The translations under genes were made by a program, and so were the position numbers. From positions 141,096 through 205,095 of the forward strand of contig JBMNJT010000004.1 of the NCBI GenBank assembly GCA_050951805.1: DNA of 64,000 nucleotides, written 5' to 3'. The DNA comes from Bacillota bacterium. Its GTDB lineage: Bacteria; Bacillota; DTU025. Under the pieces are notes generated by a model, which did no database searches, was not told where the DNA came from, and saw only the letters and a program-made list of their open reading frames with translations. Below are positions 40,683-52,088 of the stretch, one piece after another; position 1 is the first letter of the stretch, and each line of letters opens with the position of its first letter.

Positions 40683-42644
40683 TTGTCATCGAAAGGACGT
40701 GTCGGCGTGAAAAACGTACAGCAGAGAATAGCTAAGGCCCTGTTTGTTCTCCTTGATGGGGCGTTCATGGTCGGCGCGGACCTGTTGGGGCTCGCGGTGA
40801 GGTTTGAGATGTCTATTCCCGTGGAAAGCCTCACAGCGTGCGTTAGGAGCTGGCCTGTTACTGTTCCCCTGAGGCTTGCCGTGCTGGGGCTTTTCGGGAT
40901 GTACCAGAGGCTGTGGAGATACGCGAGTGTGCGGGATCTCGGGGCGGTGGCTGCGAGTGTGAGTTTGGGGTATCTGGGCGTGTTGACGCTGGCAAGTCTG
41001 GTGCCGCAGATGGCGTGGTCGCGTGGGGCGATGCTCGTGTCGTACCTGCTGGCCGTCTGTTTTGTGGGGCTGAGCAGGTTCTATTTGAGGATCAAGGTGG
41101 AGCTCGCCAGGACGTTTAGGCGGCCTGGGGCAAGGGGGGCCGATGCTTCCGGGAAGGCAACCCAAGTGGCCAAAGTCCTCATCGCCGGCGCGGGGTCGGC
41201 AGGGGTGATGGTAGCCAAGGAGCTTGCGGCCCATCCCGAGATGGGCAGGGTTGCTGTGGGGTACGTAGACGACGATCCGGCAAAGGCAGGCGGGATGGTT
41301 TTGGGCCTCCCGGTGCTCGGTTTTGGGCGAGATATCCCGAGGATAGTCGAGGAGCGGCAGGTTGATGAGGTGATTATCGCTATGCCTTCTGCCGGTGGAC
41401 AAGCTATCCGGGATGTTGTTGCCACATGCAGGCAGCTTGGTGTGAAGATTCAGACTCTTCCGGGGGTATATGAGATTGTGGACGGGAAGGTCAGCCTGAA
41501 GCAGCTTCGGGATATTCAGATAGAAGACCTCTTAGGGCGGCCGCCTGTGTATATGGATATGGCGAGGATCGGGGAGTATCTTCATGGCCGGAAGGTCCTG
41601 ATTACCGGGGCGGGAGGCTCCATAGGGTCAGAGATATGCAGGCAGGTGGCTCTCTTTAAGCCGAAGTGCATAGTGCTTTTGGGGCATGGAGAAAACAGCA
41701 TCTTTGAGATACAAAATGATCTTGCGATGCGGTTTCCGATACTCGAAACCCATGCCGTTATTGCGGATGTGCGGGATGCGCGCAGGATAGATAAGGTTTT
41801 CGATTGGTACAGGCCTGATGTGGTGTTTCATGCCGCGGCCCACAAACATGTTCCGCTGATGGAGGCCAACCCCGAGGAGGCTCTTACGAACAACGTGTTC
41901 GGCACGCGCAATGTGGCGCAGGCTGCCGACAAGTACAATGCCAAGCGGTTCGTGATGATATCGAGCGACAAGGCTGTAAACCCTGTGAGCATCATGGGAA
42001 TGAGTAAGCGCATAGCTGAGATGGTGGTGCAGGCTGTAGGGGCTGAAAGCGGTACGAAGTTTATGGCTGTGAGGTTTGGGAATGTACTTGGGAGCCGCGG
42101 AAGTGTGGTTCCGCTCTTCCGCAAGCAGATAGCTGAAGGCGGGCCTGTTACTGTGACTCACCCCGACATGACGAGGTATTTTATGACTATACCCGAGGCT
42201 GTGCAGCTTGTGATACAGGCAGGCGCCATGGGCGAGGGCGGAGAGGTATTCGTGCTCGACATGGGGGAGCCGCTGAAGATCGTGGACCTGGCGGAGGAGA
42301 TCATCAGGCTTTCGGGGTACACGCCAGGTAGGGATATTGAGATTGTTTATACGGGGATAAGGCCTGGGGAGAAGCTATATGAGGAGATACTGACCTCGGA
42401 AGAGGCTGCGATGGCCACAAAGCACAAGAAGATATTCGTATCGAAGGAGGCTCAGCCTGATCCTGAGATGCTCCTCGGGACGATCTCTGTGATAGAGGAT
42501 ACATACAGGGCCATGGGCCAGCAGGAGATTGCCCAGAAGCTGGAGGAGCTGGTTCGAAAGGAGTGGCCAGACGTTGCTACGGTGGGGCGGGAGGAGATGC
42601 TCAGGGCGAGGGCGGAGGCTGCGGTGGGAGCAGCGGGGCACTGA
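40683..42644 (+). CDS. Membrane-bound UDP-sugar 4,6-dehydratase (CapD/PglF/WbpM)
   Basis: Four TM segments, IAGAGSAG, ITGAGGSIGSE, HAAAHKHVP, SSDKAV, RFGNVLGSRGSV, MTRYFMTIPEA. Confidence 0.93.
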   Translation: MSSKGRVGVKNVQQRIAKALFVLLDGAFMVGADLLGLAVRFEMSIPVESLTACVRSWPVTVPLRLAVLGLFGMYQRLWRYASVRDLGAVAASVSLGYLGVLTLASLVPQMAWSRGAMLVSYLLAVCFVGLSRFYLRIKVELARTFRRPGARGADASGKATQVAKVLIAGAGSAGVMVAKELAAHPEMGRVAVGYVDDDPAKAGGMVLGLPVLGFGRDIPRIVEERQVDEVIIAMPSAGGQAIRDVVATCRQLGVKIQTLPGVYEIVDGKVSLKQLRDIQIEDLLGRPPVYMDMARIGEYLHGRKVLITGAGGSIGSEICRQVALFKPKCIVLLGHGENSIFEIQNDLAMRFPILETHAVIADVRDARRIDKVFDWYRPDVVFHAAAHKHVPLMEANPEEALTNNVFGTRNVAQAADKYNAKRFVMISSDKAVNPVSIMGMSKRIAEMVVQAVGAESGTKFMAVRFGNVLGSRGSVVPLFRKQIAEGGPVTVTHPDMTRYFMTIPEAVQLVIQAGAMGEGGEVFVLDMGEPLKIVDLAEEIIRLSGYTPGRDIEIVYTGIRPGEKLYEEILTSEEAAMATKHKKIFVSKEAQPDPEMLLGTISVIEDTYRAMGQQEIAQKLEELVRKEWPDVATVGREEMLRARAEAAVGAAGH

Positions 42645-42684
42645 GAGGGGCAAAAGATTTGCAGGATTGCGGGGTAGGGTGTAA

Positions 42685-42819
42685 GTGAAGCCTGTGAGGT
42701 TCGGGTTGATAGGGTGCGGGCGGGTTGCGCGTTATCATGCGCAGGCGCTGACGGAGATAGAGAGCTCGAATCCTGTTTTGATTTGTGACATGTTGCAGGA
42801 GTGGGCAGAGAAGTTGTGA
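42685..42819 (+). pseudogene. N-terminal stub of a Gfo/Idh/MocA oxidoreductase (WbpB/WlbA-like)
   Basis: MKPVRFGLIGCGRVARYHAQALTEIESSNPVLICD...* (44 aa): Rossmann motif, then a stop at the compositional boundary. Confidence 0.7.
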
Positions 42820-42951
42820 TAGCTGAACTGGGAGCAAGAATCTGCGATTAGGATTAGACTTAGATAGTTCTGTATGATGCTGCCGTTAGCTTGGAATCCC
42901 ATGCCACACATAAAATGATAGCCTTGTTTGCGTAGGCAGGAGGCGCTATGC

Positions 42952-43935
42952 ATGATTGTTCGTCGGGCAACACACAACGATGTAGGTGCTATTGTTAACC
43001 TTGTTAATGAAGTCTTCGGCTTGAACAGAGACCTTGAATGGTTCACGCATTTTCACTTAAAGAATCCTAATGGGAAGTCTATATTGTGGGTTGCACAGGA
43101 TGATAATGGCGATATTGTTTCATACAGGTCGATTGTGCGGTTTAAGGCTTATTATCTGGATCACATGATTCAGGGTGGACAACTTGCTGATGCTTGTACA
43201 AGGCCCGACTGTCGTGGCAGGGGAATATACAGTAGAGTGAATGCGGAAGCCTTGAAGGATTTCTTTACGTCAGGCGGAGAAATGGCGTACTCTTTTCCAA
43301 GCCCGAGTAATTATCGAATTCTTGTTGGTAGATTTGGGTTTCAGAGCGTAGCGGATTTTAGGCAAGGTTTCTGTCCCCTGAGCAGTTATCCGGCGTCAGG
43401 TATTTTTCAGAAGTTGGCGAAGCAGGCGCATAGAGCTGTGTTCCTAAAGCGTATGCAGGTTGATCCTGGCGTTACTATGGTTTCAGCCGCAGAAGTAATG
43501 GATGGCTTAGCATTTTCGACTGGTGAGGGGAGCAGGCTGACGTTCGATCGAAGCCGAGATTTTCTAAGGTGGCGCACTTCTATACCAGGCCGACGGTATT
43601 GGATTGCCCTCATTGACGGCCACAACTACTCGATAGTAGGAGAGGCAGATCGGCGAGGATTGAGCGTGTGCACGGTAATGGCCATGAGAAGTACGCACAA
43701 GTCCGCCAAGAGTAGCCTGCTAGCTGGCATCCAAAGATGGGCAGATGAAAGGGAGTATGACGGGGTTTATTCTTGGCTAAGTCATGATTGGTCTACATAC
43801 GTTAGGGCTGGTTTTGTTCCTGCACCTAGTCAGACGCACCTAGTCGTACGCTTCAATGATGGGTTCCCACTTCGTCAGAGGCTGGGCCGACGCGAAGAAT
43901 GGGATCTGGTGCTGCTAGATACTGATGCATACTAG
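42952..43935 (+). CDS. GNAT family acetyltransferase (polysaccharide modification)
   Basis: ADACTRPDCRGRGIY acetyl-CoA motif, YSFPS. RBS AGGAGG upstream. Confidence 0.75.
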   Translation: MIVRRATHNDVGAIVNLVNEVFGLNRDLEWFTHFHLKNPNGKSILWVAQDDNGDIVSYRSIVRFKAYYLDHMIQGGQLADACTRPDCRGRGIYSRVNAEALKDFFTSGGEMAYSFPSPSNYRILVGRFGFQSVADFRQGFCPLSSYPASGIFQKLAKQAHRAVFLKRMQVDPGVTMVSAAEVMDGLAFSTGEGSRLTFDRSRDFLRWRTSIPGRRYWIALIDGHNYSIVGEADRRGLSVCTVMAMRSTHKSAKSSLLAGIQRWADEREYDGVYSWLSHDWSTYVRAGFVPAPSQTHLVVRFNDGFPLRQRLGRREEWDLVLLDTDAY

Positions 43936-44209
43936 AAACATGGCTGATCTTCCAGTAGACGGAGGGTGCCTGGCAGAGCTCGTTCCAATTGGAGGGGAGT
44001 CGTGAAGGACAAACGATTGCCTAGCGGCATAGCCCTGCGCTAGTTGATGATTGCATGCATTTCGTGTGCCTTATCTAGTTGGATTGAGCATGCACTATAC
44101 ATACGGTGGATTCCGCTGTGAAGCTCGGGTAGCATTCCTTTTATGAGAGCGACGTGTTTTGTCTAGTTGGAGACAGTGCGTTGAGCTGACGGTAATGGGC
44201 TGTTGTTGA

Positions 44210-45391
44210 TTGCCACTATATTTCTGCGAAGGATCAATGCAGATGGCGTATGAGAAAGGTGAGGCATTTGAAATGGCCGGAGAAAGCTTTGTATGCTTTG
44301 GCTACTATGGCAAGCAAAATCTGGGGGATGAAGCAATACTAGCATCCTTTCTACACGAGATCGAGAAGTACGGGCACGACAGGTCGCGAGTTCGTGTAGC
44401 TACAGCTGATAGAACAGACACGGTAAAAAGGCATGGCGTTATTCCTATCAAGCGGTTCTCCATATTCGCCAGGGTTGCGGCTGTTATGCGTAGTGACCAC
44501 ATAGTGCTATCTGGAGGCGGCTGGCATTTCCAGAAGCTATGGGTTGCCTCCTATGCAGCCTTAACAGCGCTTCTCGCAAAGCTCTTGGGCAAGAGCTTTT
44601 CCATTATATGCATAGGTGTAGAGCCAATCACACGTCTATCATCAAGGCACCTTGTAAGGGCAATTCTTGGTGCTAGTGACTGGGTCAGCGTGCGTGATGA
44701 AGAATCGGCACAGGAGCTGCTCAGAACGGGTGCGTCTACTAGAGTGGTTGTGGCAGCCGACCCAGTGTTTTCGGAAGTCTACAGCAAGGTGGCGCAATCG
44801 CAGCAGCGTGTATACCGAGGGCCCTGTTCCCGTCCTGTTATTACTGTTTCCCTTCTTGACGCACGGGGTGCCAAAAAATATGCAGCCATTCGCGAGGATT
44901 ACCCTAGTATTGTTGACGGTATTGTCGATAGACTCGATGCTGAAGTTGTCCTAGTCTGCACGTCTCCTGGAGAGGGCGACATTGAGGTTGCCAGGTATGT
45001 ACAAGAATCGTGCACGTGTCCAGACAGAGTGCATATTTACGAGTGCGGAGAGAGCCTAGTTGATTTGATGCCAGTAGTAGCTTCATCTGATCTCGTGGTT
45101 GGAATGAGGTATCATGCGCTTGCAACGGCAGCACTTGCTGGTGTTCCGTTTGCCGCAATAGCAAGGAGCCCAAAAGTTCAGAGTATATGTGATGTGTTGG
45201 GGCAGCCAGTACTAGCTCATGTCAACTGCTACGACGGTGACGATATTATTGAGGGGGTTTGTGAGTCATTTGCCCAACGACAGTCTCTGGGAAAAAAGCT
45301 GAATGAGAGAGTGCCGATGATGGTAGACAAGTATCACTCTTCAATGGAGTCTTGGGTGAGAATGCTAGCGAGGCGCAAAGCAGGAGCATAA
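44210..45391 (+). CDS. Polysaccharide pyruvyl transferase (CsaB/WcaK-like)
   Basis: GYYGKQNLGDEAIL, LSGGG, VSVRDEES, ADP, VGMRYHA. True start probably later (about 44273). Confidence 0.87.
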   Translation: MPLYFCEGSMQMAYEKGEAFEMAGESFVCFGYYGKQNLGDEAILASFLHEIEKYGHDRSRVRVATADRTDTVKRHGVIPIKRFSIFARVAAVMRSDHIVLSGGGWHFQKLWVASYAALTALLAKLLGKSFSIICIGVEPITRLSSRHLVRAILGASDWVSVRDEESAQELLRTGASTRVVVAADPVFSEVYSKVAQSQQRVYRGPCSRPVITVSLLDARGAKKYAAIREDYPSIVDGIVDRLDAEVVLVCTSPGEGDIEVARYVQESCTCPDRVHIYECGESLVDLMPVVASSDLVVGMRYHALATAALAGVPFAAIARSPKVQSICDVLGQPVLAHVNCYDGDDIIEGVCESFAQRQSLGKKLNERVPMMVDKYHSSMESWVRMLARRKAGA

Positions 45392-45728
45392 CATAATCTG
45401 CAGAGGGTTTCAGATTCTCATAGTCTCTGGTTCTGGTTTAGCTGGCCCATGGCAGTGCATAGGTGGTATCCGGAATAGACTCTACGTGATCGGTTGGTGT
45501 CGACCGGCAATTGCATCATATGCGGACCTCAGGACAGTAATTAGAGAGCGTAGATGTCAACTGGCGAACTTGGGCAGCATGTCATCAAGGAGTCTATTAG
45601 TGGTTCATCTCTTGGTTGGCCTTGGATGGTCCCAGGTAAGCGTGTGTGGCAAGCATCCTAGCGAAGTAACGTGTTTGGGCATGTTTGGTGTTTTCCTGGT
45701 GCATAGACATCGAAGTTTGGAGGCAACA

Positions 45729-47174
45729 ATGAGGAGCGAGATCAATCTACATAGGAGTTTTGTGCTGATTATCTTAGGCATTGCTAGCGGACTCGCTGCT
45801 TTGCTCATAAAACGACTCGATTACGCATTGTCAATTGCGTTTATCTGGATAGCATTAGTTGTCATTGTTGTATTCCCAGAATGGAAGCTTGGGGTTGTGC
45901 TAGCAGTGCTTCTTGGTGCTCCTCCGTTTATAGATTACGAATTGGCTTGGACTGCCATCACTGCATGGCGGTCACGATCCCATGGAGCCATTAGGCTAGA
46001 CATTACTCAACCGATTCTGTGTGCTTTTGACCTTTGCATCATGTTAGCGGCAGTAGCAAGCATTTATCAACGCAGAGCCTCAGAAAATACGCGTGCAACT
46101 CATTTGCCCCTATGGTACACAATTGGGTTGCTGCTTCTCTCGTGCCTGAGGCTAGTGTCTTCTGCTAATGCCATTATTCATTATCCACAATTTTCGCAGA
46201 CTGCATGGTCTGGCATAACCAGCATACTGAGAGTGCCACTCGTTACCTTGGTAACCGCCACATGCCTTTCGAGTGGTAGGGGTGTGCGCAGTACGGAAGT
46301 CGGCCTATCTGTAGGAGTCATTCTATTTGTTGCCCAGAGCCTTTATGTGTCTGCTGTCAAACATGGTGGGCTTACGTTTGGTTACATACAGTTGACGGGG
46401 CTCGTACCCGGGCCGGGGGCTACTGGAGCTTTGATGGTTCTTGTAGTACCAATTCTGGTTAGCGGTGCATTGATCGCTGCGGATTATCGTCATAGAAGCA
46501 TCATGATCGTTGCATCAATTGCCGGATTAGGCTTGGCTCTCCTAACATACTCGCGTAATGTGATAGCCGGGGCAATGGTCTCAGCCTTGGTGCTCTATAT
46601 AGGATCGAGGCAGTCGGGATTTCACATGCCACGTAAGGTCGTAGCGGGATTTGTGTTAGCTATTGTTGCAGCATCAAGGATTGCGTCGGACTGGGTAATG
46701 ACCAAATTCCGCGCTACGTTTTCAGCCGATCTGGGTTCCAGGATCAATTTGGGAGCCCGATATGCTATCTGGGGTCTTGCGTGCACCTTGATAAAGGCCA
46801 ACTGGCTATTGGGTCATGGTACAAACATGTGGGGTATTATTGCGCCGGGCTCTGCAAAGAATGTACATAACGCGTTCCTCCAGTTCGCTATCGAGAACGG
46901 AGTCCCTGCACTCATACTGTTTATCAGCTTGGTTGCGTTAGCTTGTGTGCATGGTTTCAGTGATTTACGCCAAACGGAATTTGCTTGCACCAATGAGCTA
47001 GCGGCTTTCAAGTTGGGAGCTTTATCTGGGTTGATTGGCTACTGCACAAGTCAGCTTGTATCAAGTTCACTGGGACATGTGAGAGTCAACCCTGTGTTTT
47101 GGATTGCAGTCGCCGCGTTGCTGGCCCCGCAATATAAAACAGGGGAGGAGGTTGATTCCATTGGGAGGCGATAA
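45729..47174 (+). CDS. O-antigen ligase / Wzy polymerase family membrane protein
   Basis: Many TM segments, TYSR, RYAIW..NWLLGHG, VHNAFLQFAIENG. Start moved to ATG after GGAGG. Confidence 0.8.
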   Translation: MRSEINLHRSFVLIILGIASGLAALLIKRLDYALSIAFIWIALVVIVVFPEWKLGVVLAVLLGAPPFIDYELAWTAITAWRSRSHGAIRLDITQPILCAFDLCIMLAAVASIYQRRASENTRATHLPLWYTIGLLLLSCLRLVSSANAIIHYPQFSQTAWSGITSILRVPLVTLVTATCLSSGRGVRSTEVGLSVGVILFVAQSLYVSAVKHGGLTFGYIQLTGLVPGPGATGALMVLVVPILVSGALIAADYRHRSIMIVASIAGLGLALLTYSRNVIAGAMVSALVLYIGSRQSGFHMPRKVVAGFVLAIVAASRIASDWVMTKFRATFSADLGSRINLGARYAIWGLACTLIKANWLLGHGTNMWGIIAPGSAKNVHNAFLQFAIENGVPALILFISLVALACVHGFSDLRQTEFACTNELAAFKLGALSGLIGYCTSQLVSSSLGHVRVNPVFWIAVAALLAPQYKTGEEVDSIGRR

Positions 47175-47886
47175 CCATTTAACAAACAGGATTGCTGTGC
47201 TAATGTACCACGCAGTCACTCAACGCCCGCTATCCCCATTCGATGTGAGTACATCTACTTTCACAGCACATCTGGACGCAATTTGCACAGCTGTAACTAG
47301 TAAGCCAAGTGATGTGAGTATCATACTTACATTCGATGACGGCCTGATCAGCCACTATGAAACTGTACTGCCGGAGCTAGCCACGAGAGGAATGTCCGGA
47401 TTGTTTTTTCTGTCTCCTGGGCTTATCGGAACACCGGGATTCATGGAATGGGAGCATGTTGCGAGTTTGTTGGAGATGGGCATGACCATAGGTTCGCATT
47501 CGATCAGCCACGTAAACTTAGCCCTCTTGGATCGCGACGAGGCGCTTCGAGAGATGCTTGAATCCAGGATCATGCTAGAAGATCGCCTTGGGATAGAGAT
47601 TGCTGATTTAGCTCTGCCGGGAGGATTTGCTCCACGAGACGTAGAACAGCTGGCTACACTCACCGGGTACTCAAGGGTTTTTACTTCAGCGCCATTGCTG
47701 TGGGATCGGTACTCGATGTGCGTACCTAGAATATGTCTGCGAGAGACCGTTAATTTAGCGGAAGTCAATCAGATTATTGCTGGTACTAGGTCCCAATATG
47801 TGAGACAAGAACAACTCAAGTATGCAGTTCGGGTGGTTGCTGGACCAAGGATCTACTCGAAGTTACATGATTTGTTTCGCGGATAA
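47161..47886 (+). CDS. Polysaccharide deacetylase (NodB/CE4)
   Basis: VLMYH, LTFDDG, IGSHSISH. Confidence 0.87.
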   Translation: MGGDNHLTNRIAVLMYHAVTQRPLSPFDVSTSTFTAHLDAICTAVTSKPSDVSIILTFDDGLISHYETVLPELATRGMSGLFFLSPGLIGTPGFMEWEHVASLLEMGMTIGSHSISHVNLALLDRDEALREMLESRIMLEDRLGIEIADLALPGGFAPRDVEQLATLTGYSRVFTSAPLLWDRYSMCVPRICLRETVNLAEVNQIIAGTRSQYVRQEQLKYAVRVVAGPRIYSKLHDLFRG

Positions 47887-48199
47887 TAGGTTACATATGC
47901 AAGCCGGAGTGCAACTCGAGAAATGTCAATGCCTTTTGCTCACCTTACTCTCGTGATTTGCGTTAGGTGGTGGTCTATAGGCTGGGTGGAGATGCAGTAA
48001 TAGCCCAACAGCATCCACATCAAGTCGCCTTCTAGTTTGCAGTGATGTATCCAGGCAATAGACTCTTATCTTCCATCATTGACCTTGCGAGCGAATCTAG
48101 CGACATGCTGGTTTGAAATATCGGAACCATACTGCTGTGAGACATGGCGTCATGCCTGTTACTATTTTTGAAATACATAACAAGGATGGAACGTCAAGA

Positions 48200-49422
48200 A
48201 TGATAATATGGATTGTCAACCCCTTTGATGGGATACCGGGAGAGGCTAGTAGACCCGGAAGATACTGGGCTCTAGCAGAGTTGTTGTCATGCCGGGGGCA
48301 TGAAGTAACCTGGTGGTCCTCGAGCTTCAGCCATAGGTTCAAGACTAGGCGAAAGCTAGGGCCGGTAGGCGCCAATAGCTTCTCAGTCAAGTTGATAGAT
48401 ACATGTTCATACGAAAGGAACGTAAGCCTTGCAAGAGTTTCGAATCATCGTCAGTTCGCTAATCAATTCTATGAGATGGCCAATAGAGAATTGTGTGAGA
48501 GCCCTGAACTACGGCCTGATAGAATTGTCGTGAGCATGCCACCAATATCGCCAGCAAATGCTGCGATCAGACTACGAGACAGGTGGGGGGGGGGAAGGTG
48601 ATAGTGGACATACAGGACGCGTGGCCAGAGACATTTCATCGCCTTATTCCTGGAAAGGGGAAGCTACATGATTGCCTGTCAAGATTGGTTTTGTTGCCTT
48701 GGTATAGGCTTGTTAAGCATGCGTATACCAAGGCCGACGCGATAACGGCAGTTGCCCAAACGTATGTAGATTTATCAGGTGCTGATGAACGTGGTCAACC
48801 CAGCTGCGTCGTGTACTTGGGAGCCCCCTTTGAACGGCTAGATATCCCCATTAGAACAGAGAGCAAATCAGGATCTCCATTTACATTTGTTTATTTAGGA
48901 AGCATGTCTATGAACTACGATCTTGAAACAGTACTGCGAGCTGTGGCCCTGCTAATGCACGACAAGCAGAACTTCAAAGTTATCTTTGCGGGGGCTGGGC
49001 CCCATGAGGAAAGACTTAGGAATCTTAGCAAAGAGTTGAAACTAGAGTCTATCATTGAGTTTGCGGGATACCTTGAATATGATCATGTAGCGAGCCTGTT
49101 GCGAAAATGCCACTGCGCCCTTAACCCAATAGTACCAGAGTGTTGGTGTGCGATGCCAAATAAGGTTGCAGATTATTTCGGCGCTGGTTTGCCCGTAATT
49201 AACAGCATTCCGGGTGAACTATCTGAACTGATTAGGACTAATGATGCAGGGGCATATTACCAAGCCAGGAATGCAGAGTCACTTGCGGCTGCCATGACTG
49301 AATATTTGACACATCCCGAGATTGCAGAAAGACAATCACCGAACGCGAGGCGTGTCGGATGTGATTTGTTCAAGAGAGAGACTACTTATGTCGAGTTTGT
49401 TCAGTTCATCGAGGAATTATAA
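48200..49422 (+). pseudogene. GT4 glycosyltransferase out of frame at a G10 tract (48585-48594)
   Basis: N-half (GHEVTWWSSSF..PDRIVVSMPP) stops at 48601. C-half (KVIVDIQDAWPE..MPNKVADYFGAGLPVI) is in another frame. G8 or G11 restores the frame. Confidence 0.85.
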
Positions 49423-49479
49423 CAGGCATACGGACTTAGAGGATCAAAGATCTCCGTGGAGGTGTGGAACTGCAGGCAA

Positions 49480-50108
49480 CAGTCACTCAGCGACTTATGT
49501 AGGGCAAACCTATACTGCTGGCGAGTGCTGTAGCGCTCGGCGTCGAGGCCATCACCTTAGGCATGGTGTTCAGTTCATTTAGCCTCAAGACTTGGCAGGT
49601 CAGCTGTGTAGCGCATTGGCGGATGGGTCGGTTGCACAAAAACATGAGTAAGCTGCTACGTAACGATCTGATTGCCCTTGATGAACTCGGCTACATACAG
49701 CTTGATACCACGGGTTCAGATCACTTGTTCCAATTGGTTGCCAAGGCGTACAAACGGAGCTTTCTGATCGCCACCAGCAACCTTGATTTCCAGGACTGGG
49801 GACAACTCTCCGGCAAGCCGGCAACGGAAACTGCGTTTCTAGATAGGCTCTTGCGTCACGCCCGTGTGCGTTCACTAGAAGGCGACAGCTACCGAATACG
49901 CCATCGCCTTGCATCACCGATGGTGGCATAAGCACCTAAGCCTCTGCGAATGGAAGAAGGAATGCACATAAGGCTGACATACATCATACATCGCGACCAA
50001 TATACATTAGGGGGTGGAGGCTCATACAAGGCTCTTGCTCGGAGGTTCGTTGCTTTTTCCTTGGGGATTTCTCATGGCACAAGAAGATATTCCCAACTGG
50101 CATTGACA
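49480..50108 (+). mobile_element. Decayed IS21-family remnant (istB 3' part plus right end)
   Basis: LDELGYIQLD..LFQLVAKAY..NLDFQDWG..GDSYR matches istB at 59633-60412. Ends in ..GGCATTGACA like the intact element. Left boundary approximate. Confidence 0.82.
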
Positions 50109-50124
50109 CTGGGAGGCTAGCAAT

Positions 50125-51222
50125 ATGAAAGGACATCGTCGGACGCTTTTGGAGGTTCTTGTCGAGACTAACAAGACAGTAAGCCATAGGGCACGTTTGC
50201 GTCTTTTTTTGAAGGATCCCGATAGAAAGCCTATGGCTCAAATGTTATGCGAGATCATACAACTATGGATGCGCAATGGTATATCTCCAATTGACTACTA
50301 CAGTTATCTGATGTTTAAGAAGGATGTTGTCAACATGCAGGATTACGTGGGCAGCCGTGCCTCTAAGATACGGGAGCACCTAGATGATTCATATTATTCT
50401 TGGTTCTCTCTACTTGATAATAAGCTCTATTTCCACCTGTTTTTCGCCGACAAACCTATTCGCATCCCCAGATTGCTGGGATACAGTTTTGGTTCGAGGG
50501 TTTTTGCTAATGGCGAAGAGCTAAGCTTGGCAGGTAGAGATGAATGTGTGGCTGCGCTGCAACTCATTGCAAGTATGTCCAACACGGGGAGCGTTTTCGC
50601 AAAGCCGACAGACAGTCTTGGAGGACAGGGAGTCTACCGATTTTCAGCGGATGAGATCACCAATATGGTAGCTCGGGATTACCATAACTTGGTCTCCGCC
50701 GACTACATTTTTGAGGAGACAATATTGCAGCACGACACAATGTCCGTTATCCATCCTCATTCGGTTAATACCCTGAGAATCGATACATTTAGAGATGAAA
50801 ATGGTAATATACTTCCAATCTCGGCCTATATGCGTATGGGTACTGGTGGTCACTATGCTGATAACGCTTCTACGGGTGGCTGCTTTGCAGGCATTGATCT
50901 ATTTTCAGGTATGCTCAAGTCTCCTGCCATGACTCTTCCCAAAATGGGCGGGAGGCGTTTCAGTGAACACCCCGATTCAGGTGTTGCTTTTGAGCATTTC
51001 AGGGTGCCGTTGTTCTCTCAGACTGTTATGTTAGTGTGCGACGCAGCCAGAATTGTGCCACAGAGACTGGTAGGTTGGGATGTTGCGGTTGCTGACGACG
51101 GGCCTATCCTGATAGAGGGCAACCCGAATTACGATACAAGAGTGTCCGAATTAGCCTTCGGTGGGTACCGGAAGAATCCTGTTTACAGAAAAGTTCTAGC
51201 CGAATACGGGCATTCACGATGA
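50125..51222 (+). CDS. Sugar-transfer-associated ATP-grasp protein
   Basis: LDNKLYF, FAKPTDSLGGQG, IHPHSVNTLRIDT, DNASTGG, VGWDVA..GPILIEGN. Confidence 0.82.
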   Translation: MKGHRRTLLEVLVETNKTVSHRARLRLFLKDPDRKPMAQMLCEIIQLWMRNGISPIDYYSYLMFKKDVVNMQDYVGSRASKIREHLDDSYYSWFSLLDNKLYFHLFFADKPIRIPRLLGYSFGSRVFANGEELSLAGRDECVAALQLIASMSNTGSVFAKPTDSLGGQGVYRFSADEITNMVARDYHNLVSADYIFEETILQHDTMSVIHPHSVNTLRIDTFRDENGNILPISAYMRMGTGGHYADNASTGGCFAGIDLFSGMLKSPAMTLPKMGGRRFSEHPDSGVAFEHFRVPLFSQTVMLVCDAARIVPQRLVGWDVAVADDGPILIEGNPNYDTRVSELAFGGYRKNPVYRKVLAEYGHSR

Positions 51223-52088
51223 TCTGTGCATAGTCGTCGCTAACTCGCCTAACCGGGTAATAGAATGATGAATTAAGGTTTGTTCAACAGCAAGGATTTG
51301 GTAGCAGAACTCATCCCCGGGAAGCACTTGCGCCCAGGTCTATTTCGCTACGTTCTGCTCTTAGACGGCCCGAGTTACATGATCAAGAATTCACCGACGA
51401 AGACTCACTGGCAGATTCCCTGGAGGATTACTGCAAGAGGACTCTGCAAGAACGGGAAAAAGCGTTTGCAAGAAACAAACATTGTGTAGTGAGATACGAG
51501 GCCAGGCAAGTATTCACCCGGAACATGCATTCTCTCAGGATGTCAAACACGGTTGTGGGGCCAATTGGCTTCTGCCGCGTATGGGGATTGTGTGAAGCCT
51601 TGGGTGTTCTCCTATTGTTTGGAATAGGCCCTCAAGCCGCCGATTGTGATGGTTTAGTCTTGACTAGGCTGCAAAGCAGAACCTTACACGCCGGGCCAAG
51701 AAGGTATCCGGTACGGTAGCGTTTCAGGCAGCAATGCTGAGGACGTGAAAGCGATGCTATGCGTGTACGAAATCTTGGATGTAATGCTAGATCTGCGCGG
51801 ACAGCATTATCTAAGATGAAGCTATGCATATGGGTCATAGCCTCAGCAAAGACAAACGGCCCGATCTGGGAAATGCAACCATAGAGTGCTCGTTAACGGT
51901 GATAGGATCCCGCTGATAGGCAAGGTTATAGATAGAAAGAAGTCCGATACGGCTTGGAATAGGTCTTTGCAGAGAGCAGGCAAAGATCGGCTATAACACC
52001 ATTCATGTTGATGTAAGGATAGATTCCTAGACTGCGTTGAAGGGCAATAGTTTCTCGCTGCAAGAGGATAGTTTAAGGAATCTATGAG

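Noticed and set aside
51223-52088. Short ORFs in the gap within the capsule cassette
   Set aside because: No recognisable motifs; probably decayed sequence and cannot be assigned without a search.
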